A stretch of DNA of 63,631 bases, filler included, from Octopus bimaculoides (taxonomy: Eukaryota), in assembly GCF_001194135.2 (NCBI RefSeq). It is 5 parts of 5 records of this genome, joined end to end, with 100 filler letters (N's around TTAATTAATTAA, not from the genome) between each part and the next. Parts side by side here need not be neighbours in the genome. Positions count along the whole stretch, not along the records: positions 1 to 21,473 come from NC_068990.1; positions 21,574 to 33,092 come from NC_068993.1; 3 more parts are not named here. One strand, given 5' to 3'. The notes under the pieces are model-generated. The model did not search any database and was not told the origin of the DNA. It saw nothing but the letters and a program-made list of their open reading frames with translations. This document shows, in pieces, positions 13,280-23,699 of the stretch. Numbering within the stretch: the stretch's first letter is position 1; the number at the start of each line of letters is the position of its first letter. A program made the position numbers and the translations under genes.

Positions 13280-13790
13280 TATGTATGTCATTATTCAGTT
13301 TTATTTCAAGATTTCTTGCCAATAGAGAAAGAGCTGGTTTCTAACCAAGGCGCCTTCATTGGAATTTCAAAATCAACAGTAGGGTATTTTTGTATGTATG
13401 TTCACCAGGTACTTTGTGGCAATCTCTTGTTCCTGGATTGCAAATGCATAACCCTCAAAGTGTGATGTGATGTAGTGATCTTGTGTCCAAGAGAGGCTGC
13501 GTTTCATGTCAATTCTACTGTGTACTTCAAGTTTCCAGGCAACATACCCATGCAATTTTTTTTTTTTTTGTATGCTGAGTGCTTTCCCTCCAGGTCTTCT
13601 CTGAGGTAAGAGAGCCCAGCTGTTTTGGGGCTGTATAGGAGATCTTCAGGAAGAGAGTGCTTCTTGAGGAGCTCACTGTCAACTTGTACAATGTTGCTCA
13701 CTTCACTTTTCAGCACTGCATTTATATATTTACTTTTGCTGCCATTGGACAGCAGGTGCTGTATGTATGTATGTATGTGCATGTGCATAT
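13280..13790 (-). mobile_element. R4/Dong-clade non-LTR retrotransposon fragment with 3' tail
   Basis: MHGY...ID...SLSW...SHFEGYAFAIQEQEIATKYL matches the LHGxY..ID..SxxW..ETEGxxxAxQxQxIxT post-RT motif of R4/Dong elements; 3' tail gaaatcttgaaataaaactgaataatgacatacata. Confidence 0.7.
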
Positions 13791-14084
13791 TTGCATGTTT
13801 TGTTTAATTTATTGCATTCTCATACATGTGGGTGCATGTCTAAACATGCTCATATATATTTAGATGATAAACTGCTAGAAAGTTTTACAAATTTTTACAG
13901 TTCCAGTGATGGCTTAGATTTGTAGTCTTTGAACCAGCTTTCTCCTTCTTAGTTTTGAGAAGCCTAATTTCTCAAGATTGGTACTTAAGCAGTGTGTTAC
14001 ACATCTCAGTGCACCAATAATTAGAGGTATAAACCTGAACTTGTAATCTGGATAAAGTAACTTACTTTTATTCTTTTACTTGTT

Positions 14085-14235
14085 TCAGTCATTTAACTGC
14101 AGTCATGCTGGAGCACTGCCTTTAGTCAAACAAATCAACCCCAGGACTTATTCTTTGTATGCCTAGTACTTATTCTATCAGTTACTTTTGCTGAACTGCT
14201 AAGTTACAGGATTGTAAACACACCAGCATTGGTTC
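14085..14235 (-). mobile_element. SINE 3' fragment, CpG-decayed
   Basis: Homologous to 21630-21780 with CpG to TpG/CpA changes. Confidence 0.85.
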
Positions 14236-14564
14236 CCATTTTTTCCACATGTCAGTAGTATAGAAAGAATGTGTGTATATTCTTATTTAACCTAGAGTGA
14301 GGTTTGATAATTAATTAAATTTGTTTTTCTGATTTACAAAGAGTAAAGTGGGAGGCAGTACAGTATGATTACCATCACTTGAAAGGTTGACAGGTTCATG
14401 GGTACTTCACAACTTGCACCTCTGTCTTGAGTCTTAAAATGTTCATACTCACTCACTCACACACACACTGCTGTGTTAGCATAAAACATATGTAGCTACA
14501 GACTTTCTTATCCTGCTGATACTATTATTGTTGTTGCCAGTTAATTATTTAAAGTACACTTCAG

Positions 14565-14610
14565 TTGACAGCAAAGGATATTGCTAAAGAGTTGGCACTT
14601 CTCAACCAAG
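14565..14610 (+). CDS. Candidate exon P5 (LTAKDIAKELALLNQ; reading frame stays open to 14756)
   Basis: cacttcag acceptor, only phase 0 open, amphipathic helical sequence loosely like the first CDC25/RasGEF helix; donor choice uncertain. Confidence 0.3.
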
Positions 14611-14849
14611 GTTTCCTTTATAACGTGCCAAATCATGAACATAGCATAACAATTACAAGTGGCATTTACAATGATTTCTGTTCCTGTACTGAGATGTACG
14701 AAGAGATTATGTGCTGTCAACATCACACAGTTTTGGTTAAGTTATACCCCTGTTAAGTAGATGTTGATGATGAACTATAGTATACACATTCTCCTAGCAA
14801 CTCTGACTGCATCAACATCAACATTTTTTGTTGTATGCACATACCATAT

Positions 14850-15110
14850 GTATTGGACTCATGATTGCAAGATTGTGAGTTCAAATCTTGGACCAGGCAA
14901 TGTGTTGTGTTCTTGAGCATAACACCTCATTTCACATTGCTCCAGTCCCCTCAGCTGACAAAAATGAGTGTCCCATTCAGGTGGAGAAGACATATGCCAT
15001 GGCAAGAAGGAAACTGGCTCAATGAGTCTATATGACTCAGCAACGAACTTTACTCTTTTTCTACCAAAACAGATAGCAGGGACTGATGCTGTCTTCTGAC
15101 TTACCAATTC
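14850..15110 (+). mobile_element. tRNA-derived SINE with CORE-like central domain
   Basis: B-box-like gagttcaaatc followed by tgtgttcttgagcataacacctcatttcacattgctccagtc; homologous to 47441-47700. Confidence 0.7.
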
Positions 15111-15190
15111 CTGTGATACCATCTAATCTATACTAGCATGAAATGACGATGAAGACACACACACACACATATATATACATTTATATACTT

Positions 15191-15229
<39 letters not shown>

Positions 15230-15750
15230 NNNNNNNNNNNNNNNNNNNNNNNNNNNNNNNNNNNNNNNNNNNNNNNNNNNNNNNNNNNNNNNNNNNNNNN
15301 NNNNNNNNNNNNNNNNNNNNNNNNNNNNNNNNNNNNNNNNNNNNNNNNNNNNNNNNNNNNNNNNNNNNNNNNNNNNNNNNNNNNNNNNNNNNNNNNNNNN
15401 NNNNNNNNNNNNNNNNNNNNNNNNNNNNNNNNNNNNNNNNNNNNNNNNNNNNNNNNNNNNNNNNNNNNNNNNNNNNNNNNNNNNNNNNNNNNNNNNNNNN
15501 NNNNNNNNNNNNNNNNNNNNNNNNNNNNNNNNNNNNNNNNNNNNNNNNNNNNNNNNNNNNNNNNNNNNNNNNNNNNNNNNNNNNNNNNNNNNNNNNNNNN
15601 NNNNNNNNNNNNNNNNNNNNNNNNNNNNATATATTGTTGTACTTGGGGATGGTCATATTGCCAGTTTAGCCAATAAAAACACACGCACTGTATATTTGGT
15701 ATTAATTTGCTTCAGCTTTATATTACATTATATTACATTAATCCTATTTC

Positions 15751-15795
15751 GGCCAGAGTTCTTTCGTCACACTTCTGTGACCTCATCAGTGGTCC
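15751..15795 (-). ncRNA. Minimal type I hammerhead ribozyme motif in the PLE 3' region
   Basis: GGACCA CUGAUGA G GUCACA GAAG UGUGAC GAAA GAAC UC UGGCC: intact core, 6 bp stem II, bulged stem I. Confidence 0.65.
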
Positions 15796-16160
15796 TTTGC
15801 TTTCTTCTTTCTTATGTGTGTCTCACCTTGCTAACTATCAGCCATTTAGTATTTTGTATTCCTATTGTATGTGTCTACGCATGCGTATCCTTCAATGTGT
15901 CTATGTTTTTGTAAGTGCATGTGTGTGTATGGGGAGTGCCTGTATTATCTATATCCTCTGTTAATACATGTTCGTTTGTTTTTGTTTTAATTTATTTATT
16001 TGTTCATGTGTTTATATCTACTTTTTTTTCTTTTTGTATTTAATTTAATTTTGTTAATGTATGTAGTATTTAATTCCATTTGTTTATCTATGTATTGTAT
16101 TATATTTTGTTCATATTGTTATTGGTTTATGGGGAACGTATTGTCATATATTGTGGTTTG

Positions 16161-17210
16161 TTAGGGGAGTGTGTTAGTGTTCCATTCTAGTTTCCTATTC
16201 AGGCTAGGTTTATCTTCTATTATGTGTGTAGCTTTTGTAATTTGTCTAAGTGCTGCGTCTCTGCTATATGTGGATAAGATTTTAATTTCTATGTTGTTGA
16301 GTGAGCCTCCATGTTCTTGCTCAGCGTGCTGGTACAGAACTGATGAGTTCTTCCCTTCCTTAAGTTCCCTCCAATGTTCGTTTGCCCGCTCCCCTATGCT
16401 CCTTGCAGTTTCGCCTACATATGTTGTTGTCTTGTTACTGCATCGTCCCTCTGTACATCTTATACTATAGACCACATTTCTGATTTTACAGTTCGTTTGC
16501 AGGCTAAATCTACATATGGTACAGTTCCTATCAGTGCAGGGGGTTCTACTAAAAGGGTATGTTCTACTGATAAGGGATTTGATAGGGTTGCCTGGCCTTT
16601 CAACAACCTTAATTCTTAGCTTAAGTTTGTCTAGGGCCCTTCTGAAGCGGTACGCCAGTTCGCCTCTAGGGGTGGTGTCGACGAACATGACGCTCTGGTA
16701 TTTGTGGCTATCATACCATGAGCTGGCCTTCCCTATTTTCTTCTTAATGCTTTCAATGGTGTTCCATGATTTGCTCCTATAGAGTGGGCAAATCCCATTC
16801 CTATCGTTACGTTTGATTGTTTCAAACTTCTTCATACCTTTGTATACCCTGATCCTTTCTTTATGGCTGTAACCTGAGAACTGCATGCGGTGAACGAAAT
16901 GTTGTATATGTCTCTTTAATTCTGTAGGGTTGCACATGCAGGACACATTTCGCATTACTCTGACGAGGTCTGCCATCAATATATTGAATTTGGCATTGTC
17001 CGCAATAGCCAAGTTCCGGTGGATTAGGTATTTGGAGGCCATAGGTTTTGTATAGTGTGAATGGAGGATTCGGGTTTTATTATTCTTAGTTTCTAGCCAG
17101 AGTTCAGTATCTAATACAGGTAATCTATGGTTAGGGTGTTTAGTAGGGTAGTCTATCATAACTTTAATATTCTGGTGGATGGAGTTAGCTATTTGCTGGA
17201 TGCTCTCCAT
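16161..17210 (-). CDS. PLE polyprotein C-terminal part: RT thumb, Cys linker and GIY-YIG endonuclease
   Basis: LPVLDTELW, HYTKPMAS, PC-x4-C-x2-C, NVVYSIRC...YVGETARS...EH...QHAEQEH; upstream YVDD is out of frame at the G8 run 17251-17258. Confidence 0.9.
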   Translation of the reverse strand: MESIQQIANSIHQNIKVMIDYPTKHPNHRLPVLDTELWLETKNNKTRILHSHYTKPMASKYLIHRNLAIADNAKFNILMADLVRVMRNVSCMCNPTELKRHIQHFVHRMQFSGYSHKERIRVYKGMKKFETIKRNDRNGICPLYRSKSWNTIESIKKKIGKASSWYDSHKYQSVMFVDTTPRGELAYRFRRALDKLKLRIKVVERPGNPIKSLISRTYPFSRTPCTDRNCTICRFSLQTNCKIRNVVYSIRCTEGRCSNKTTTYVGETARSIGERANEHWRELKEGKNSSVLYQHAEQEHGGSLNNIEIKILSTYSRDAALRQITKATHIIEDKPSLNRKLEWNTNTLP

Positions 17211-17391
17211 AGTATTAGTTTCTATTTCTATTTCAAGAGTACTCTCTTGTGGGGGGGGTCTTTACCACTAAGTTGATATCATCGACATATTGAGAGTACA
17301 TATTCACGAGTATATATATATATATATATATATATAAATGCATACACACTCACACACACATATATATAAACATATGTATACATTTAGATAC

Positions 17392-17448
<57 letters not shown>

Positions 17449-17932
17449 TATATATACATATAAAAGTAGATGCTAAACGACGATGATATAAGAGCTTTAC
17501 ATATATATATTTACGTGTATATATGTATATATATGAATGTATATATGTGTGTGTGTGCGCGAGCATGCTCATGTGTGAAGAACTATAATTCCTACAAGAA
17601 TTCCAAGTCACATTTTCATGGTTGTCATTTTCGTACAGAACAGTCTCTGAGTGATTGATTTTCTAGCAAAAACTATTTTATGTGCAGGATAAACTCATAG
17701 ATGATATGTTTATCTTTTGATGTTTAATTAGAGCCACCAAATGACAAATTATTATTGAAACAGCGAAATGTTTAGAAATGTTTCAAATTTCAATTTTGTT
17801 GTTGTTTCTCTAGAAATTATGCCATAAATGACTCCAGAAATTATTGATATTTCTAAATTATAGAAAAACGCTACTGTCTTTTTCTTTTCTTTCTATTTCT
17901 TTTTCTTTTTTTTTTTTGAGACATTAACACAG

Positions 17933-18014
17933 GAATGGCTGTGTTATTGAATTTGCTTTGCAGCTTCTGGGTTCTTAGTCATGAAACTCTACTGCCTCGC
18001 TCCTGGCTCCTAAG
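17933..18014 (+). CDS. Candidate exon P6 ((G)MAVLLNLLCSFWVLSHETLLPRSWLL)
   Basis: Long pyrimidine tract upstream, AAG|GTATAT donor, single open frame, phase 1 to 2. Confidence 0.35.
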
Positions 18015-18198
18015 GTATATGTCTTCTAACATTGTCTCAGACTGGCCAGTATTTTGTGACTGTACTTGGTAAATGGAAAGTACATGGAAGCACATCAATC
18101 ATTTATCTATATAGCTCTCTCTCTCTCTCTCTCTCTCTTCACACGACACTGCTTTTCCTCTTCCCAGGCTACAGGCCCACACCCCCANNNNNNNNNNA

Positions 18199-18434
18199 TG
18201 ATCATCATCATCATCATCATCATCGTTTAACGTCCGCTTTCCATGCTAGCATGGGTTGGACGATTTGACTGAGGACTGGTGCAACCGGATAGCTATATAT
18301 ATATGTATATATATACACACATATATGACAGGACAGATACATGTACATGTGTATATATATATCTCTCTTTCTCTCTCTCTCCCTCTCTCTCTATATATAT
18401 ACATACATACATACATGCATCCATATATATATAT

Positions 18435-18482
<48 letters not shown>

Positions 18483-18580
18483 GTTTAACGTCTGCTTTCC
18501 ATGCTAGCATGGGTTGGACGACTTGACTGAGGACTGGTGAAACTGGATGGCAACACCAGGCTCCAATCTAAATTTGGCAG
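18199..18580 (-). mobile_element. RTE-tail-type SINE end with (CAT)n tail, present twice
   Basis: catcatcgtttaacgtc(c/t)gctttccatgctagcatgggttggacg at about 18220 and 18480; possibly an assembly duplication next to the gap. Confidence 0.7.
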
Positions 18581-18584
18581 AGCA

Positions 18585-19210
18585 GGATGAGTGACTGTGG
18601 AGAAGATCCACCACTTCAGTGAAACTGAGTTCTAGCAGAGCTGCATGTGTGCCTATATATTTGCACAACTGGGCTTTCACCTAATTACCTGCTTCCTCAA
18701 GACACCCACTGACTCATCATCTCCCCAACAGTAGTTTTTCCTTGACACCAGTTTTTAAACTTACTCAGAAGTACCTAACTTGTTATCCATCCTTCTTCAA
18801 TTAGTACTGTTCTCTCCACCCATATTTTCATTGATTACCCTCCCCCACTGTGCCACCAGATTATCTCTCCTCCTCTATCACCATATGTTTCACCTACCTC
18901 ATACACTATGCCTGCTTCTCTTTTCCCTATCCACTCCTGCGACCTACCCACTAGCATGTCATCTCTCTTATGTCTTCAGGTTTATTCTATCATCATCACT
19001 ATTTGCTGCTTTGTACCATCAGACATTCCCTAGTCCCTCACTCACTCTTACATACCTCCTACTTGAAGGTCCACTCTGACACCTCATTACCATTATTTGT
19101 CACTTAGCTGCTCTATCTCATTACTCCTACTCTCTCTTCTAAAATGAGAGTAGTCATGCAGCTCCTATAAAGCAATATTCTGCTATAATCTTTTCTCTCT
19201 CTCATAATTT
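18585..19210 (+). mobile_element. Degraded pyrimidine-rich repeat, probable PLE 3' remnant
   Basis: Similar to the reverse complement of 2040-2560; assignment is inference. Confidence 0.3.
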
Positions 19211-19264
19211 ACTTGTCTCAACTCTTCATCCACTAGTACAAAATTGCCCACCCAACACCTTGAG

Positions 19265-19490
19265 ATTTGGAGTCTTGCAAGCTGCTTAACAACCTCACTA
19301 ATGCTGGTGACATGAAAAAAGTACCCAGTACATGTTGTAAAATGGTTGGCATTTGAAAGAGCCTCTAGCCAGAGAAACAATGTCACAGCAGACAATAGAG
19401 CATGATGCGGTCCTTGGGTCCATCGGATCCAGTCAAACCATCCATCCCATGGCAGCATGGAATGTGGACATGAAACAACAATGTTGAGGA
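19265..19490 (+). mobile_element. RTE-tail-type SINE fragment
   Basis: aaaaaagtacccagtacatgttgtaaaatggttggc...ccagtcaaaccatccatcccatggcagcatgg. Confidence 0.65.
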
Positions 19491-19562
19491 TAATGATGAC
19501 ATGCGTATCTAAGCTATACATATATTTAAATACATACCTACACATATATGCTCACAGACACA

Positions 19563-19640
<78 letters not shown>

Positions 19641-19987
19641 CAAATAATAAATGAGTATATGCATATATACGTACAGATATGTGCATACTTACGTCTACCT
19701 GTATATATAGGTGCATATCTGGTACAAGACATTGTAAACAAAGACAAAAAAATAATAATAACCAGAGTACAGAAAACAAACAGGCCACATAGAGAACATT
19801 TTTCTTCATCAGCTACCCCCATTTTAACACCAGCGTATATATATATAAATGTACATACATACACACGCAGAGGTATATATTACAAAAATAAGAGAAATAA
19901 CTCTGAGTGAAAACTGACATTAATTTGAACAGCCACAGATGAATTATGTTATGTTAAATACCATTAAAATAAATTTGTGATTTATAG

Positions 19988-20039
19988 GAATTATTTTCAT
20001 TTCATTTCAAGAGATGCAATTGTGACTGACCTCAATTAA
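19988..20039 (+). CDS. Candidate terminal exon P7 ((R)NYFHFISRDAIVTDLN*)
   Basis: gatttatag acceptor, phase-compatible with P6, stop close to the end of the CpG-depleted domain. Confidence 0.15.
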
Positions 20040-20263
20040 GAAGAGGAAGAATTTAAAAACTCTCCAGAGCTGACATACCATTAAAGAAAAGCATCTGTTT
20101 TCCTCTGCGGTCAAGAGAATATCTGTGAATGTGTTTATGTTTCAATAGGTGTTTTTAGCATAGTAGTTGTCATATGTATACTACTGTAGACATGTTAGAC
20201 ATCAACAAAAAGAGTAAGGAACAAATGGTCCAGAGGAATTTGCAGGATTATATTAAACATGCG

Positions 20264-20474
20264 TTATTTATATTATTTACATTTGACGGATCTTTGTCCT
20301 CATATTGTTTATTGTTAACACAACGTTTTGGCTGATATACCCTCCAGCCTTCATCAGGTGTGTTGGGGAAATTTCGAACCTGGGTTCTCATGGCATATGG
20401 CATTGTGGTTAAGAGCGCGGGCTACTAACCCCAAGATTCCGAGTTCAATTCCAGGCAGTGACCTGAATATAATG

Positions 20475-20511
<37 letters not shown>

Positions 20512-20700
20512 CAACAACAACAACATCGAAAAATACCTTAGGAATGAGAACCCAGGTTCGAAATTTCCCCAAGACACCTGATGAAGGCTGGCGGGTATAT
20601 CAGCCGAAACGTAGTGTTAACAACAAACAAGATGAGGACAAATATCCGTCAATTGTAAATAATGTAAATAATTCCTCATCTCTTAAATATAGAACTGTAT
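20264..20700 (+). mobile_element. Composite element: inverted HHR arm, tRNA-derived head, (AAT/AAC)n linker, HHR arm
   Basis: 20264-20390 is the reverse complement of 20545-20671; A/B-box head at 20396-20465. Confidence 0.85.
20574..20617 (+). ncRNA. Minimal type I hammerhead ribozyme motif with intact core
   Basis: ACAC CUGAUGA A GGCUG GCGGGUAUAU CAGCC GAAA CG UA GUGU; GUA cleavage triplet; palindromic ACGU stem III. Confidence 0.75.
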
Positions 20701-21330
20701 ATTAAAAATGTTGTAAGAGAAATAACACCAGGAGATTACTGGTATGAATTTGGACAGCAAAAATATAAAAGTGTTTAACTAATAACTCTGCATGTGTATG
20801 TGCATGCAAGTATGTGGGGGTGGGGGGCGTGTGTGTGCACGCATGTGTGAAAAAGAGAGGGAAAGACAGAGAATGTGTGTGTGTGTGAAAGTTGTGATTT
20901 CTGTTTCGCACATGAAATAGTCTGAGTATAAAAAGCATTGTTGTCATGTTCACATTCTTGGTGAACATTACATACTAAAACTTGGCTATCTGAGAATAGT
21001 GGTATAAAATAAATTCCATGTAATCAGGTAAAGTTAGTAAAAAGAAAGTAAAATCATTTCATAATAAAAATATTGCCCATAATGTGTGAACTGTAAAAAA
21101 TTCTGTTCTTATTCAAATTCCAATGATGGATGTTTTGTGCTTTTGTTACAAACCAGCTCCCTTCTACTTGAAAAGAATACTAATAAATAAAAAGAAGTAA
21201 AAGACATGCGTAAATACATTCATTTATATATACACGGTGGTGCATCAGCATGGCCGCAGCTCTGAGCTGAAACTTTGAAATGAAATGAAATATATAAATA
21301 TATACACACACATGCATGTGTGTATATGTA

Positions 21331-21377
<47 letters not shown>

Positions 21378-21380
<3 letters not shown>

Positions 21381-21473
21381 TGGCGTGCGGTGACTTCCGG
21401 GGTTGGGCATGCAATGAATTTCTCTCCCACCCCCCACTGGCAATTTTTCAGTAAAAGAATTTTCGTATTCCTA
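21378..21473 (+). mobile_element. Probable hAT-type element terminus running into a gap
   Basis: Begins CAGTGGCGTGCGG directly after a (TA)n run. Confidence 0.35.
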
Positions 21474-21594
21474 NNNNNNNNNNNNNNNNNNNNNNNNNNN
21501 NNNNNNNNNNNNNNNNNTTAATTAATTAANNNNNNNNNNNNNNNNNNNNNNNNNNNNNNNNNNNNNNNNNNNNTATATATATATATATATATAT

Positions 21595-22050
21595 ATAAAT
21601 CCTTTTATTTTTTTATTTGGTGCAGTCATTTCATTGCTGCCATGCTGAAGCACCGCTTTTAGTCGAAAGAATCGAGCCCAGGACTTATTCTTTGTAAGCC
21701 TAGTTCTTACCCTATCAGTCTCTTTCACCGAACCGCTAACTTACGGGGACGTAAACACACCAACATCGGTTGTCAAGCGATGGTAGTGGCGGGGAGGCAC
21801 ATGCAGACACAAATAACAAACACACATACATAAAGATATATATATATACACACATATATATATATATAGATACATAGATAAATAGATATATAGATAGATA
21901 CGACGGGCTTCTTTCAGTTTCCGTCTACCAAATCTACTCACAAGGCTTTGGTCGGCCCGAGGCTTTAGTAGTGCCATAAAAGGTAGGACTGAACCCAGAA
22001 CCATGTGGTTGAGAAGCAAACTTCTTACCACACAGCCACTCCGGTGCCTA
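21595..22050 (-). mobile_element. tRNA-derived SINE (OK/OR-like), CpGs intact
   Basis: Full head-to-tail match to 9525-9975 and 61565-61895. Confidence 0.9.
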
Positions 22051-23526
22051 TAATATATAACGTATATATGTATGTTAGTATGTACGAATATATGTATGTA
22101 TAATAGATAACTTTCCGAAACCGACTCTATATTTGCATCCGGGCGTGAGTGTATTTGGGTTTACACATTAAATTGTTGTATAAATACGCGCGCACGTGCA
22201 CTCCTTCTCGTGTGAATGGATGATGTAATAAACCTAAAAATAAGAACAAATTTATTATATATATATATACATACAAATATTTCTACAAGTATATATATAT
22301 ATATATATATATATATATNNNNNNNNNNNNNNNNNNNNNNNNNNNNNNNNNNNNNNNNNNNNNNNNNNNNNNNNNNNNNNNNNNNNNNNNNNNNNNNNNN
22401 NNNNNNNNNNNNNNNNNNNNNNNNNNNNNNNNNNNNNNNNNNNNNNNNNNNNNNNNNNNNNNNNNNNNNNNNNNNNNNNNNNNNNNNNNNNNNNNNNNNN
22501 NNNNNNNNNNNNNNNNNNNNNNNNNNNNNNNNNNNNNNNNNNNNNNNNNNNNNNNNNNNNNNNNNNNNNNNNNNNNNNNNNNNNNNNNNNNNNNNNNNNN
22601 NNNNNNNNNNNNNNNNNNNNNNNNNNNNNNNNNNNNNNNNNNNNNNNNNNNNNNNNNNNNNNNNNNNNNNNNNNNNNNNNNNNNNNNNNNNNNNNNNNNN
22701 NNNNNNNNNNNNNNNNNNNNNNNNNNNNNNNNNNNNNNNNNNNNNNNNNNNNNNNNNNNNNNNNNNNNNNNNNNNNNNNNNNNNNNNNNNNNNNNNNNNN
22801 NNNNNNNNNNNNNNNNNNNNNNNNNNNNNNNNNNNNNNNNNNNNNNNATATATATATATATATATATATGTATGCATATTTGTAGGTATGTATATATGTG
22901 TGTATGTATATATTTATGAGTGATTGAACATATCTATCCCAACAACACTAAAACATACAGGCATACAACGTATACACACACACACACAAACACACACACA
23001 TACACTCACTCACACACACACACACACACACACATATACATACGTTTGTATATATACATGTGTGTGCATGTATTTATATATATATATATATACCTTCATA
23101 CAAACACACATATATGTATACATATATACATACCTAGATATATATATATGCATGTCTATGTGTGTATATATATATTTATATGTGCACTCATACAGATATA
23201 CATATTTATTTATGTATGTATGCATGTATGCATGTATGTATGTATGTATGTATGTATGTGTGTATGTGTGTATGTTTGTATGTGTATATGTATACATGTA
23301 TGTCACATAATGCAATCACAAACTCTGAGAATGAGGGTTTAAACAGCAGATCTGATTAAATCTGAAAGCGTGTTTAAATGAACAAGAAAGTGTTCTGATG
23401 TGTTAATGTGTTCAATGGACGATTGTTGCTTTTGAGAGGGGTGACGGGAGGAGGAGGAGGTAGTCAGTAGGTTTGTAAGATGGCGCGGGGTGATGGAGGG
23501 GCAATGTGTGGTGGTATCGATCTCAC

Positions 23527-23699
23527 GCTGGCGGTGGCGGCGGTGATGGGTTCGGTAATAAGGTAGATGAGGCAAATTTGCCGCCAATTTTGGTGATAAT
23601 TGATGGGTAAAATAGCTTCCTTGTTTCTTCTGACGTTCCTTGACAATTGGAGATTAACGTGATCGCTAATGTAAAGGCGGCGACGTGGAAGAAAAATGG
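23527..23699 (-). other. Candidate CpG-rich exon with GTGAGA donor
   Basis: Two frames open across it (e.g. PFFFHVAAFTLAITLISNCQGTSEETRKLFYPSII...PPPPP); acceptor weak, no in-frame ATG. Confidence 0.25.

Larger units (their letters stand above)
15630..17311 (-). mobile_element. Young 5'-truncated Penelope-like retroelement inserted in a (TA)n tract
   Basis: YVDD motif at 17278-17289, ORF 16161-17210, 3' region with hammerhead motif, CpGs largely intact. Confidence 0.92.

Noticed and set aside
16161-17210. Selenocysteine-encoding PLE
   Set aside because: No in-frame TGA in the preserved ORF once the single frameshift is corrected, and I could not identify a SECIS.
18199-18530. Local tandem duplication of a SINE end
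   Set aside because: Adjacent to a gap and near-identical, so more likely an assembly overlap than biology.
20396-20465. tRNA gene with ACT anticodon
   Set aside because: Imperfect anticodon and acceptor stems, and embedded in a repeated element; it is a SINE head. Same for the other A/B-box matches.
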